Counted from the stretch's first letter, positions 17,936 to 28,286 are shown. The stretch: 64,000 bases of DNA from a virus (IMGVR_UViG_3300027763_002499:26549-90548), one strand, 5' to 3'. Numbers and translations are program-made. Notes: generated from the letters alone by a model not told the origin.

Positions 17936-18547
17936 TTACTTTAAATACCGTTGTAGTGCTTGTTCTATATCAGTCCAATTGTTAAACTTTCGGATGCGAA
18001 TATCTGAAAATTCATGGTTCCATGGCTGATTCATTAAAAATGTAGCATGCCCTGCCTGAGCACTGGCTATGGCTGTTGATTCAAGAGCAGTGATACAAAT
18101 ACTATAATCATAGCCTTTTAAAATTGGATAAAAATTTTCATCTTTGTGCATCACATAGACATCGTTGAAAATACCAGGAAAAAGTAGTTCAAGATTTGCT
18201 CTGCGTAATATTGCCCTATGCATGTCTTTGCTTGCTCTACTGAAAGCAATGATATGCCAACCTCGACTTTTAATTTTAGACAGTGCTGTATCTGCTCCTA
18301 GACATGGAAGGGTAGCACCCCATTGCCAAGAATATTCGGTAAATTCTTTAAGCCATAAATCAGCGTGTTCATCACTAACGCCTAGCCAGGATCCAAGTTT
18401 TTCCCTGTCAGATATTTTTTCTGAGGAAACTTTACTTAAACGATCTAGTCCTGCTAGCCATTTTACAAATGCAGTAAGCGTATCAAGACACGTATCGTCT
18501 ATGTCGATGATTAACTTTGGTGGTAGTTCATCAGACGAGTTCAACAC
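17936..18547 (-). CDS. HAD-family 5'(3')-nucleotidase-like protein
   Basis: IDIDDT motif I, terminal PWN..R..NW; motif IV looks degenerate. Confidence 0.65.
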   Translation of the reverse strand: MLNSSDELPPKLIIDIDDTCLDTLTAFVKWLAGLDRLSKVSSEKISDREKLGSWLGVSDEHADLWLKEFTEYSWQWGATLPCLGADTALSKIKSRGWHIIAFSRASKDMHRAILRRANLELLFPGIFNDVYVMHKDENFYPILKGYDYSICITALESTAIASAQAGHATFLMNQPWNHEFSDIRIRKFNNWTDIEQALQRYLK

Positions 18548-18836
18548 TAACCCCTAATGGGTGACCATTTGTTCTAGCAACCTGTGTAGACTCAAGTGCT
18601 TTTTGTTCAGCAACTTCGTAGCTATAAATTCCAGCAGTGCCTTTTCCTTTTTCATGTACTTCAAGCATGATTTTAACAGAAGCATCATGGCTGTGGTGAA
18701 AAATTGCTTTTAGCAATTCAATTACAAATTCCATAGGCGTAGCGTTGTCGTTTAAAATAACAACACGGTAACGTTCGGGCTCTTTTACTCCTACTATGTT
18801 TTCTGTTTTCTTAATTGTGTCTACTGCTGTGCTCAT
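18531..18836 (-). CDS. clpS: Clp protease adaptor ClpS
   Basis: YRVVILNDNATPMEFV..IML.VH..G.G..G.YSYEVAEQK..HPL. Confidence 0.93.
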   Translation of the reverse strand: MSTAVDTIKKTENIVGVKEPERYRVVILNDNATPMEFVIELLKAIFHHSHDASVKIMLEVHEKGKGTAGIYSYEVAEQKALESTQVARTNGHPLGVSVELV

Positions 18837-18865
18837 TTTAAAAATCCATATTCTATTTTTATTTA

Positions 18866-18889
18866 GTAAGGTAGCAGGTGCTACCTTAC
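18866..18889 (-). terminator. hairpin after hsp20
   Basis: GTAAGGTAGCA-GG-TGCTACCTTAC perfect inverted repeat; no clear U tract. Confidence 0.5.
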
Positions 18890-18895
18890 ATTATC

Positions 18896-19327
18896 TTATT
18901 CCTTTATTAAAGGAATTTTTTTAGGTTGTAGTTGGTCTGGAATTTGTTGTTCCAAATCAATGACTAACATACCGTCTTTGAGACTTGCTGTTTTTACTTC
19001 AACATGGTCAGCTAATACAAATTCTTGTTTAAAATTTCGTTTAGCAATACCACGGTAAACAAAAGTAGTATCAGCAGATTCCTCTTCTGATTTCTTACCT
19101 TCTACAACAAGGATATTTTCTTGTTGAGTAACATCAATATCAGCTTCACTAAAGCCTGCGACGGCCATAGTGATGCGAGTAGCAGTGTCACTGATCTTCT
19201 CAACATTGATTGGTGGGTAAGTACTTTTACCTTGGGGGCTTGTAGCCATTAAGCGTTCGAGTTCATTAAAAATGTTATCGAAGCCGATACCAAAGTGGTG
19301 TGATGGGAATAGTCGCAGATTTGACAT
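18896..19327 (-). CDS. hsp20: small heat-shock protein Hsp20 (IbpA-like)
   Basis: YPPINV, MAVAGF, YRGIAKRNF..F.LA, LKDGML.IDL. Confidence 0.93.
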   Translation of the reverse strand: MSNLRLFPSHHFGIGFDNIFNELERLMATSPQGKSTYPPINVEKISDTATRITMAVAGFSEADIDVTQQENILVVEGKKSEEESADTTFVYRGIAKRNFKQEFVLADHVEVKTASLKDGMLVIDLEQQIPDQLQPKKIPLIKE

Positions 19328-19420
19328 GATATAGTCTCCTTTATTAAGCGAGTTTTAATTTGACAACCCCTCTTGGGCCTTGTCTTGTAATGCTAACCCT
19401 CATGGCATTAGCATTACAAT
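19328..19420 (-). promoter_or_regulatory. ROSE-like RNA thermometer leader
   Basis: two upstream hairpins, then CUCGCUU-AAUA-AAGGAG pairing with the RBS. Confidence 0.65.
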
Positions 19421-19450
19421 TGTATTTATCATTGACATGAAAGTCAAGTA

Positions 19451-19726
19451 TTAAAATAACCTTTTTCTTGTACCTTCTCTTGCTGGTCTGCGTCCTTCAA
19501 GTTCATCTTTTTCAACCTGACGCAACCAGCGTCTACGGGCTTGATTTTCATCTTTTAATCTACGCACACATGGTTTTACATACTCCATGCGTTCGCGGAC
19601 TTCTTCTAATAGGCCGCTTTCCTGAATTTTGTTCTTAAATTTTCTTAGAGCTTTGTCAACATTGCCATCCTTGACTTCTACTCTTGCTCCACCCTTTCTT
19701 GTGGAACTTGGCTTGTCTCTACTCAT
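19451..19726 (-). CDS. rpsU: 30S ribosomal protein bS21
   Basis: [16 protein letters not shown]...[15 protein letters not shown]. Confidence 0.88.
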   Translation of the reverse strand: MSRDKPSSTRKGGARVEVKDGNVDKALRKFKNKIQESGLLEEVRERMEYVKPCVRRLKDENQARRRWLRQVEKDELEGRRPAREGTRKRLF

Positions 19727-20961
19727 CTTGCAATGACTTCTTTATTTTTATAGATCATAACAGGCAAGTGGTCCTCCACTGCTTTTTCGTTGATTATGAC
19801 TTTACTTAATCCTTCATGTGATAATTCGGGTAGATTAAACTGTGTTTTTAACAGAATATTCTCAACAATGCTCCTGATTCCACGAGCGCCTGTTTTTTTA
19901 ATAAAACCAAGTTTGGCTATGGCTTTTCTTGCTTCGGGTGTAAATTCTAGAGATACCTTATCCATTTCAAATATAGCACAATATTCTTTTTCAATGCTAT
20001 CTTCTGGTTCAGTCATAATTCTAACCAAGTCTTCAATCGACAATTCATTGAGAGTTGTTATTACTGGTATACGTCCCATGAACTCGGGAATCATACCAAA
20101 CTTAACAAAATCGTCGGGTTCAACAGCAGACAACCACGAATCAACATTTTGTTTTGCTGATTCTACTGTAGCATTAAAACCAATTTTTACCCCACCGGTC
20201 ACACGCTTTTTTACTTCTTCTTCGAGACCAACAAATGCGCCGCCAAGGATAAACAGTATATCTTTTGTATTAACAATGTTTGCTTCACTGCCCGGGTGTT
20301 TACGTCCACCGTTAACTGGTACACGACACTCGGTACCTTCTATTAATTTTAACAATGCTTGTTGTACACCTTCGCCTGATACGTCACGAGTAATACTTGC
20401 GCTTTCACTCTTACGACCTTTCTTGTCAATTTCGTCAATGTAGATAATACCTTTTTCAGCTTTCTTAATGTCACCATCGGCACTTTGAACAAGACGATGA
20501 ATAATACTTTCAACGTCGTCACCTACATAACCACTTTCAGTTAGTGTGGTAGCATCAGCAACAGCAAACGGAACATTAAGGCGCTCTGCTAATTTTTTAG
20601 CAAGCAATGTCTTACCACTACCCGTTGGCCCAATCAATAGTACATTACTTTTCTTAATAAGATTGCCAAAGATGTTATAGTGCAATCTTTTGTAATGATT
20701 TCTAACTGCGACGCTCAGTGCAATCTTTGCTGAGTCTTGGCCAACAACAAATCTATCAAGATATGATTTAATTTCACTAGGGGTAGTTGTATCGTTAAAC
20801 TCAATGTTTTTATTTTTATCTTTGTCTGAATCCAATGCTTCAAGGCAAAGATTAATACACTCGTTGCAAATGTATGCCTTGTCCCCAGCAATTAGTGCTT
20901 GGACTTCGTCCCTATGCTTATTGCAAAAACTGCAATAGAGTGATATTGACTTATCCACCAA
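19723..20961 (-). CDS. clpX: ATP-dependent Clp protease ATPase subunit ClpX
   Basis: CSFC/CNEC zinc finger, [12 protein letters not shown] pore loop, [25 protein letters not shown] loop. Confidence 0.96.
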   Translation of the reverse strand: MVDKSISLYCSFCNKHRDEVQALIAGDKAYICNECINLCLEALDSDKDKNKNIEFNDTTTPSEIKSYLDRFVVGQDSAKIALSVAVRNHYKRLHYNIFGNLIKKSNVLLIGPTGSGKTLLAKKLAERLNVPFAVADATTLTESGYVGDDVESIIHRLVQSADGDIKKAEKGIIYIDEIDKKGRKSESASITRDVSGEGVQQALLKLIEGTECRVPVNGGRKHPGSEANIVNTKDILFILGGAFVGLEEEVKKRVTGGVKIGFNATVESAKQNVDSWLSAVEPDDFVKFGMIPEFMGRIPVITTLNELSIEDLVRIMTEPEDSIEKEYCAIFEMDKVSLEFTPEARKAIAKLGFIKKTGARGIRSIVENILLKTQFNLPELSHEGLSKVIINEKAVEDHLPVMIYKNKEVIAR

Positions 20962-21373
20962 AAGCTGCCTCTAATAATACAGGTAAGTTATCCAAGTCAT
21001 CAAAGCAAGGAACGTCGATTGCATTGAGCAAAGCAACAAACTCGTCGTTACCATCCTTCACATAAAATACAACAGGATTATCTAATTTGCAAAGTCCTAA
21101 TGCCATGCGTATTTCTTGTTCAGTACAACTTGATGTATCAACAATGATTAAATTACAATTATCAACCACATGCCAATACCAGACCCAAGCCTTTGGGTCT
21201 TTTGAACCTGATTCATTTACATAAAATGTAATTTGATTCTGAACTACCTTTTCAATTGTAGTTAGGGCTTTGTCTTGCCATTTTTTATCACTACCTATTA
21301 GACATATTGCAATGCCTCCACCAGGCATATACAATGTTGGTGGACTAACAACATAAACATTAGAATCGTTCAA
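20951..21373 (-). CDS. hypothetical protein
   Basis: 140-aa ORF. Confidence 0.65.
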   Translation of the reverse strand: MNDSNVYVVSPPTLYMPGGGIAICLIGSDKKWQDKALTTIEKVVQNQITFYVNESGSKDPKAWVWYWHVVDNCNLIIVDTSSCTEQEIRMALGLCKLDNPVVFYVKDGNDEFVALLNAIDVPCFDDLDNLPVLLEAAFGG

Positions 21374-21382
21374 AATACTTCC

Positions 21383-22732
21383 TTAATCTGATTTCTTTGG
21401 AAACACTGCTTGGAACCAGCCGCGACTGCGTTGCTGTTTAGCTAGTTCTTCTGCACTTGTCTTATATATTTTATCAATTTTACTTTCTGTTTGTTGCTCG
21501 GATTTGGTAGGAGCAGTCCATGCTTCTCCGGGAGTACCTGGTGGTGCAAATGTATTGTCTGGGGTTAGATAATCTCCCGGACGTTCTAAAGCATCATTGT
21601 CATTGACTGTGGATGTTTCAATATCTTTGTCAAATGCTTCAGACTTGGCACTATCAACGGCTTCATTATATTCTTCAATCTCTTCTTCTGTTGAAGGATA
21701 TGCTTTTATAGTATCTAATTCTTCAGCAGGTTCCTCTACAGATTGTACTACTGCTTCATTGGGTGCCTTAGTTGATGTATAGTTAGATGGGAATGGCCAT
21801 AGCTTAGTATCGGGGATAAAGGGCTCAGGTACAGTTTTCTTTTCAATTGTCTCTTCTACAGTTTCATTATACGTTTCTGGTACAGGAGGTGGTGCAACAG
21901 TAGCTGGCAAACTTTCGCTTGGGCTTAACGGGCTGTTGCCCTCCTCTTCTCGTTGTTGGCGGAACCATTGGAAGCTGTACTGACTTGCTAACAATAAGAT
22001 GACTGCTAATGGATCAAATACTGACACTATAATAATAATCACCCATGTCACTGCTTTTTCTAACACATTGGCGTCAGGATTGTCACCATAGACAAATGCC
22101 GCAATGTATTTGATAGGTCCTACTTCTGCTTCAACCTTGCGTACTTCAGCCGCAATAGGCGCTCGTTCTTCTCGTAGTCCTGCAATTGTTTTCTGCTCGG
22201 CTGTAATTTCAGCAAGAAGTCTAGTTCTTTCCTTTGCTTGGGATTTGCGTATAGCAACGGCCTTATCCGCACCCGTTTCTGAAGTCGAGCGGCCCATGAC
22301 TTGGTCCACTGCCTCATCGAGCTGTTTAAGTGCTTTGCGATTTGCATCTATGTTGTCCTGTGAAGTTTTAATTTTTTCATCATATACGGCAATTCTACTT
22401 TGTACATCGCCGCTTACCAAACTTTGATCACTGTGTGCTTTGCTCAGAAAACCAAAGATACCCATGCTGGTAATAATCATTAGAATGGCCACTGCCATGC
22501 TCATGTATGCCTTAATAAAGAATGGGGCACGGGACCAGTTTAGTTTTAGCCAAATGGTAGCAATCAGTTTACTGATTTCAAGTGCTACACCCATAACAAT
22601 AATAGGAATGACTGCGGCAGCAAAAATGCTTACTAAGCCTGCAACCGAATAGTATACGGCCACAACTGATATGCTAAGGCCGCTTATTAGTGCCAAGTAG
22701 GCAACTATTCTGTCAGATGTTTCAACTTTCAT
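21383..22732 (-). CDS. membrane protein with coiled coil and acidic low-complexity tail
   Basis: three N-terminal TM segments, FGFLSKAH, EVGPIKYIA, FDPLAV. Confidence 0.75.
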   Translation of the reverse strand: MKVETSDRIVAYLALISGLSISVVAVYYSVAGLVSIFAAAVIPIIVMGVALEISKLIATIWLKLNWSRAPFFIKAYMSMAVAILMIITSMGIFGFLSKAHSDQSLVSGDVQSRIAVYDEKIKTSQDNIDANRKALKQLDEAVDQVMGRSTSETGADKAVAIRKSQAKERTRLLAEITAEQKTIAGLREERAPIAAEVRKVEAEVGPIKYIAAFVYGDNPDANVLEKAVTWVIIIIVSVFDPLAVILLLASQYSFQWFRQQREEEGNSPLSPSESLPATVAPPPVPETYNETVEETIEKKTVPEPFIPDTKLWPFPSNYTSTKAPNEAVVQSVEEPAEELDTIKAYPSTEEEIEEYNEAVDSAKSEAFDKDIETSTVNDNDALERPGDYLTPDNTFAPPGTPGEAWTAPTKSEQQTESKIDKIYKTSAEELAKQQRSRGWFQAVFPKKSD

Positions 22733-23073
22733 TCGTCCTCTTCCTCATACGGGGCCTGGAAGCTTGTGGCCAAACCCTGGTCTACTAATGCTTCATTAAG
22801 GTTAACCTTGGGTTCACCTGCTTCGTCGGCAATATATGCCCAACCTAGGACTCGGCCTAGTTTTGCTCGTTTTGTAATAATTGGTTCAATAACCAAACCA
22901 TCTTTGCACAATTCAGTTAAGACAATTCGAACTTCGGTGTCTTTTCCTGAGCTTGCTACACCAAATAGTCTAATTTTTTGTTTGGTAAAAACATTGAAGC
23001 CAAGATCAAGTTCTACGTCTAGTGTGTCTGCACCGCGTACTTCAAGTAATCTAGCTGGATATAATCTTCTCAT
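22729..23073 (-). CDS. thermonuclease (SNase)-like protein, degenerate
   Basis: GADTLDVELDLGF..IRLFGV..KLGRVLG..NLNEALV.QGLA. Confidence 0.65.
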   Translation of the reverse strand: MRRLYPARLLEVRGADTLDVELDLGFNVFTKQKIRLFGVASSGKDTEVRIVLTELCKDGLVIEPIITKRAKLGRVLGWAYIADEAGEPKVNLNEALVDQGLATSFQAPYEEEDE

Positions 23074-23756
23074 TTTTCCTCTTTTGATTTTACTCTATAA
23101 AAAACATGGTTGCCAATTCGTTGAACCGAATCTTTGACTCGTTTCCATGCTGGTTGCCAGTTAATATATGTAGCATGGAAGTGGGTGGCTCCGTTAGTCG
23201 GATCCTCTATCTTGTCTGATTCATTGAGTACCACAAGAGCAACACCAACTGCCTGACTCCAAAGGAAGCCACTTGGCGATATAGTGTTTTTGTTGCACAC
23301 CCACGAAAACTGACAGTTGCCTGCTTCACGCTGTTTAACTACTCCACATACAGTTTTTGCATAGCCTTCGTCTAATCTATTTAACGTAACTTTAGCAACT
23401 GCAACTTGTCCAGCAAGGCCTTCACCTCGACTTTCATAGTATACATTTTCTGCTAAACAGCGAACCTGTTTATCTGAAAGTGCTTCTTTTACTCCACCAA
23501 TGTTATTAATATTAGTTTGTATTAAATTAAGAACGTCTTGCTCCCAGTGTTTGTTTTCGTGCAATACTATTTGTTTATCAAACCATTCGTGTATTGAGAC
23601 AAGACTTATGTCTTGAGATTTTGAATTGTTTTTAACTTCTGCAGATGCTGTTGTAATAGACAACGCAAATGTCAGAGTCATTAAAAATACCGTTATTAGC
23701 AAACGTAAGGCCGCTTGCTTATACATGCCCGTGAAAAACTTAAGGGTCATGTGCAT
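23070..23756 (-). CDS. SleB-like cell wall hydrolase
   Basis: CLAENVYYESRGE, VTLNR, CQFSW, DPTNGATHFHA, IGNHVFY. Confidence 0.9.
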   Translation of the reverse strand: MHMTLKFFTGMYKQAALRLLITVFLMTLTFALSITTASAEVKNNSKSQDISLVSIHEWFDKQIVLHENKHWEQDVLNLIQTNINNIGGVKEALSDKQVRCLAENVYYESRGEGLAGQVAVAKVTLNRLDEGYAKTVCGVVKQREAGNCQFSWVCNKNTISPSGFLWSQAVGVALVVLNESDKIEDPTNGATHFHATYINWQPAWKRVKDSVQRIGNHVFYRVKSKEEK

Positions 23757-23788
23757 GTTACACCTCCTTTCATAAGGATTACCTCCAG

Positions 23789-24307
23789 TCAGGCCTTTGA
23801 CAATAAAATATCATCTAAGACTTCACCTGGGTTACTGTATCCATAATCAACCTGGGTGTAGGTTATATTATGCTTCGCCAGTAACGCCGCAATCCGTCGA
23901 TCGACCTCAATGCTTGCATCAAGGTTATGCACACGGCCGCGATCATCGAACCACGGGCCGCGCCCTAGAAATGCCACGTGATTATCGTAACGCTTCCAGA
24001 GTTCTACTACTACCCGCTCCCACTCTGCAGGATAATCTGCTGGAGCATAGATAGCACTCAATAATACCGGGCTGTCGGTTATTACATAATCAACTTGTCC
24101 CGCAAGCCTGTGTATTCTTTGTACTTGACGACCGAATACATAAGCTTGATTTTCCAGCGCACAATGCCTGCCTTCCCAAACTAGGTCTTTAGCAACTTCC
24201 GTTACTAATTCTACATTCCACCCACGGCGTTTTGCTTCATGATACAAGCCTGACGCTAAGGTGCTTTTACCTGCTCCTGGGCCAGCAATAACATTGATAA
24301 CTTTCAT
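23789..24307 (-). CDS. P-loop kinase/ATPase (NadR/AAA_28-like)
   Basis: AGPGAGKST, ELVTEVAKDLVW, ITDSP. Confidence 0.8.
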   Translation of the reverse strand: MKVINVIAGPGAGKSTLASGLYHEAKRRGWNVELVTEVAKDLVWEGRHCALENQAYVFGRQVQRIHRLAGQVDYVITDSPVLLSAIYAPADYPAEWERVVVELWKRYDNHVAFLGRGPWFDDRGRVHNLDASIEVDRRIAALLAKHNITYTQVDYGYSNPGEVLDDILLSKA

Positions 24308-24313
24308 CTTATT

Positions 24314-24342
24314 ATTGTAGCAAAATACTTATTGAAAGTCAA
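24314..24342 (-). promoter_or_regulatory. sigma70-type promoter (leaderless transcript)
   Basis: TTGACT-17-TACAAT; ATG at 24307 falls at +1. Confidence 0.7.
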
Positions 24343-24346
24343 AGAA

Positions 24347-24369
24347 ATAGGGCACTCAATGTGCCCTAT
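24347..24369 (-). terminator. intrinsic terminator
   Basis: ATAGGGCAC/GTGCCCTAT stem followed by TTCTTT on the minus strand. Confidence 0.7.
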
Positions 24370-24426
24370 CTAGCGGTGCCGTATTTGGCGATTCTTAATT
24401 TTTTAAAAATTAATTTGCCATTAACA

Positions 24427-24786
24427 TTATACTTTATCCCAATACATACGGTTATTTTGTTGATAAAAGAGGTCTTTCTTGAGTGCTATCATGTCATCGG
24501 GGGAAATTCTATACTGGTGGCCAATACCATTGTGATAAATTGAAATTCTAACGTAAGCGCACGGAACTCTAGGTTCGGGTGTATGCCATTTAAGTTGAAC
24601 AAGCCAGTGCTGGTTGGATATGTCTTTAACAAAGCCTTCTCCGGCATAATATGTTTCGAGCATTTCTTGTAACACTGGTGTAGGCAGATTAAATGTTTGT
24701 GCGTATTGCTCGCTTACCATAATGGTAAGGTCAGATGTGCCTTTGTCTTTAAACACATAAAGCTTGAATGTTTTTGAAAAATTCAT
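24427..24786 (-). CDS. hypothetical protein
   Basis: 119-aa ORF. Confidence 0.6.
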   Translation of the reverse strand: MNFSKTFKLYVFKDKGTSDLTIMVSEQYAQTFNLPTPVLQEMLETYYAGEGFVKDISNQHWLVQLKWHTPEPRVPCAYVRISIYHNGIGHQYRISPDDMIALKKDLFYQQNNRMYWDKV

Positions 24787-24790
24787 TTGT

Positions 24791-25933
24791 TTACTGCTTT
24801 ACAAAAATAATATTACCAAAGTCTGACATGATAGACCCGTTACGCTCAATGATCCAATCTATCCACGTTGAATATCCATTTCTAGAATCTATAAAATTAG
24901 GATTTGAATATGCAATGGAACTGGTTTTATCTGCCAACGAAAATTTCTGAATCCACACTCCCTTGTATAGGTCGCTTGCACCTTCAGAGCTTCCACCTGT
25001 TCTTAGAACATATATAGAATTTGTATTTTTAGAATATACAAAATCTAATACAATCCTGGCTCCATCAACTGGGGGTATTACCATAGAAGGTGTACCAGTA
25101 AATTTATTATTACCGGGGTTTAGTTCAATCGCTGTTGGTTCAGCATAACCCCATTCAATTGCACCATACACCAAATCAAATTTACCATCGTTGTTTACGT
25201 CAATGGCTTCAACTTGAAATACTGTTTTTTGTGTTGGTGGAAATGCATATTCACTTGAGCGAACAAACTTGCCAGTCTTGTCATTTATATAAACAACCAG
25301 GCCATTGAATGTAGTAACAACAACATCAGGGTAGCCGTCGCCATTGAAATCGTTTGCACTGCCACCGTGATAAAAACCTGTGTCAGATTCCGATGCTGTA
25401 AGATAATCTGTCTTGTATCTACCATTGGATTGGCTTAACACAATACGATTGCGTTCTCCGGGAAAAGGCATAGTATCATATCCATGACAAACAATTACAA
25501 AGTCTAACACACCATCTTGGTTGTAATCTGCTGGTAGAACTTTCCTAGGATGGATACACATTGGAACAGATTCATCAACTATGGGATTTGTGGTCCACGA
25601 TCCATTAACCTGTTTCCACATTGTTAATATTGCAGGAGGAGCATTGTTAGCAGTGTGACGATCCAAATAATAATTTAAGCTAGTGGTTATTAAACCTTGA
25701 GTATCATCATTATATTTGAAAAAGGAACGAGCATTAATTTGTTTATTTAATTGTAGTAGGTCTACATAAAATCCGGGATTCTTTGAGTTTTCGTAAGAAC
25801 TTAAACTATATGTAACCTTTGCCGCGGGTGGTACTGGATCAACAACAGGAGTAACAGCCGCTTGTCCACCACCCCCGCCGCAGGCCACCAGTAGTGTTGC
25901 AAATAAACTAGCTAAAATTAGACGAAGTTTCAT
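24791..25933 (-). CDS. FG-GAP/VCBS-repeat lipoprotein
   Basis: MKLRLILASLFATLLVAC-GGGGG lipobox; DYNQDGVLD, DFNGDGYPD, DVNNDGKFD repeats; promoter at 25965-25993. Confidence 0.85.
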   Translation of the reverse strand: MKLRLILASLFATLLVACGGGGGQAAVTPVVDPVPPAAKVTYSLSSYENSKNPGFYVDLLQLNKQINARSFFKYNDDTQGLITTSLNYYLDRHTANNAPPAILTMWKQVNGSWTTNPIVDESVPMCIHPRKVLPADYNQDGVLDFVIVCHGYDTMPFPGERNRIVLSQSNGRYKTDYLTASESDTGFYHGGSANDFNGDGYPDVVVTTFNGLVVYINDKTGKFVRSSEYAFPPTQKTVFQVEAIDVNNDGKFDLVYGAIEWGYAEPTAIELNPGNNKFTGTPSMVIPPVDGARIVLDFVYSKNTNSIYVLRTGGSSEGASDLYKGVWIQKFSLADKTSSIAYSNPNFIDSRNGYSTWIDWIIERNGSIMSDFGNIIFVKQ

Positions 25934-25995
25934 AAAATCCCCAAATTGGTTTAATATAAAGGTTATTATACTCAAATTTATGAAACTTGTCAAGT

Positions 25996-26802
25996 TTATT
26001 TACAAATGGCCCTCTTTGCGTTGGTCAAAGCACCAAAATCCACGGCCCACTCTGATCCAACAGCTAGTTCCTTGGCACCTGTTGGATATTCATATTTTAC
26101 CCCGGCTTCCTTTTGTATTTGTGCAATTGGAGAACGGAATTTAGTAAGGTCATTGCCTAGATTAACATATGGTTTGGTATGTGGGAATTTCCATCCAGCC
26201 ATTTCCTTAGTAGCATTGTTAATTACAATTTTATAATAACCGTGTGGGACAATAACCTTACCCGGACCTATAAATTCATCGCCTGATCCATAGAATGCAC
26301 CTACATAAATTGTATAAGGTTGATTATGTTGTACAGCCCAACCACGAATACTAGTTTCTAACAATTTCCAAATACCACGATTTAGACTGCCGTGTTGTGG
26401 ATACATGTTGGTCATTAGGAAACTTTCGTACTCTACTTGTTCACTCCAAGATAAGTCACCATCTGGAGCGGCATGGCCCTTGTCATAGCCTGTACCAGCA
26501 TAGTCATCTGGCTTTGCACCGTTGGGAACTGATTTGTCTGCTACAAAGGCATTTGTGCGTGGCCAGCAACCTAATGCATTTTTTGGAAGTAGCGTATAAC
26601 TTACATACGCTGGAATTTTAACAGGTGCATCATAAGCAACCAAATATGCTTCACGGCAAATTGGTTTTGCATCTCTGGTTGTTTCAGCAAAACCATATGG
26701 GGCATGAACTTTACATGCGGCAAGTGGCAATGGCGCACGTTGTTCCCATGCATGTGATATGTTAGCAAAAAATACAAGTGCTAAGACGAGTAATCGTTTC
26801 AT
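25996..26802 (-). CDS. DNA/RNA non-specific endonuclease (NucA/EndoG family) with signal peptide
   Basis: MKRLLVLALVFFANISHA signal; YDKGHAAP, MTNMYPQ, LNRGIWK.LE. Confidence 0.9.
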   Translation of the reverse strand: MKRLLVLALVFFANISHAWEQRAPLPLAACKVHAPYGFAETTRDAKPICREAYLVAYDAPVKIPAYVSYTLLPKNALGCWPRTNAFVADKSVPNGAKPDDYAGTGYDKGHAAPDGDLSWSEQVEYESFLMTNMYPQHGSLNRGIWKLLETSIRGWAVQHNQPYTIYVGAFYGSGDEFIGPGKVIVPHGYYKIVINNATKEMAGWKFPHTKPYVNLGNDLTKFRSPIAQIQKEAGVKYEYPTGAKELAVGSEWAVDFGALTNAKRAICK

Positions 26803-26828
26803 TGGAAAATCCTTTAAAACGATACTTA

Positions 26829-28286
26829 TCAATATACTGGTATATTATGTAGATTTTGAAATTTCAGTGCATCATCCCAGGTGTTTACCAAGGGCTCACC
26901 TTTGATGTTAAGGCTTGTATTCATTAATACAGGACAACCGCTTTTTCTGTTCCACTCTTCCAATAATGTTCTAAAAGTTATATTGTCATCTTTTGATACA
27001 GTTTGCACCCTACTTGTTCCATCTACATGACAAACTCCAGGCAGTTCACCGCTGGTACACTTTGCTACAAACTGCATATAAGGACTAGAGGACACAGGCA
27101 TGTCAAAGTATGCACCAGCATGTTCTTTTAGTACTGCTGGTGCAAATGGTCTAAACTGTTCTCGCTTTTTAATAGCGTTCATTCTAGACTTGGCTTTGGG
27201 TCCACGCGGGTCACATAGTAGACTACGATTGCCTAACGCTCTTGGTCCAAACTCTGCTCTGCCATTTGCTACTGCTACTACTTCTCCTGCCTGTAGACGT
27301 TTGACCACAGCATCAATGTCAAGTTCACGTTCAATATCTGTGCCAAGATAAGGATGCTTCCATGTCAAGTGCTCTTTGGTATGTACGGCAACTGCTCCAA
27401 TAGCACTACCAGCATCACCAGGGTTAGGCATGATCCAAATGTTGTCAAAGACTTGACTGCGAGCAAGCCTAGCATTGGCAACACAATTTAATGCCACTCC
27501 CCCCATGAACACAAGATTTTTGCTCTTGATATTCATGCTCATACCAATTACAGTTTCTATCAGGTAATCTTCAACTATGCTCTGAACACATGCGGCAATA
27601 TCAAACTTATTGGTGTTTAATGGTGCAGTCCACCAACGACATCCGCGATGTAAGTTATGTCTTAGTTTAAAATCTGGTGCTTCAATATATTCAAAGAATT
27701 CATTCTTAATATGGTTTTTAAGAACTAGGTCAACAGAACCATATGCTGCCATGCCCATAAGAATGTATTCTTCTTCGTTGGGCTTTAGGCCAACATAATC
27801 AGTAAATGCTGTGTAAAACAATCCAATGCTATTGGGATAACGCTGTCGCCATTTACACTTTAATTTATTTGCCTGACCTTCCCAGATGCTAACAGTATCC
27901 CATTCACCAATGGCATCAACTACAAGTACTGCGGCATCACTGTATCCGCTTGTGTAGTATCCAGCTGCCGCATGACTATGATGGTGTCCAACAACCTCCA
28001 TTGGCAAATTATCCAACCCAACAAGTTTGAGTTGATCTTGAGGATTTACAATCCAAGGTCTTTGTCCCGAGTAAAGTCTACGCAAATTCTTAGACCAAGG
28101 CTTTTCAAACCATACAATTTGAGTTGGTTCGCCGTACTCACGCATTTCACGCACCATGTTAACATCTAACATAGTATCGTTTTTCTTTCTGCTATAGCGT
28201 TCGCTGTGCCCTGCCCAGAGTATTTTATCTCCATCAATCAGTGCCATACTGGCATCATGATTCTGGGCAGTGATACCCAGAATCAT
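26829..28286 (-). CDS. carbamoyltransferase (NodU/CmcH family)
   Basis: HDAS, HHHSHAA, DAIGE, GGVALNC, GDAG, EFGPRALGNRS, RPFAP, HVDGTSRVQT, NTSLN. Confidence 0.95.
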   Translation of the reverse strand: MILGITAQNHDASMALIDGDKILWAGHSERYSRKKNDTMLDVNMVREMREYGEPTQIVWFEKPWSKNLRRLYSGQRPWIVNPQDQLKLVGLDNLPMEVVGHHHSHAAAGYYTSGYSDAAVLVVDAIGEWDTVSIWEGQANKLKCKWRQRYPNSIGLFYTAFTDYVGLKPNEEEYILMGMAAYGSVDLVLKNHIKNEFFEYIEAPDFKLRHNLHRGCRWWTAPLNTNKFDIAACVQSIVEDYLIETVIGMSMNIKSKNLVFMGGVALNCVANARLARSQVFDNIWIMPNPGDAGSAIGAVAVHTKEHLTWKHPYLGTDIERELDIDAVVKRLQAGEVVAVANGRAEFGPRALGNRSLLCDPRGPKAKSRMNAIKKREQFRPFAPAVLKEHAGAYFDMPVSSSPYMQFVAKCTSGELPGVCHVDGTSRVQTVSKDDNITFRTLLEEWNRKSGCPVLMNTSLNIKGEPLVNTWDDALKFQNLHNIPVY

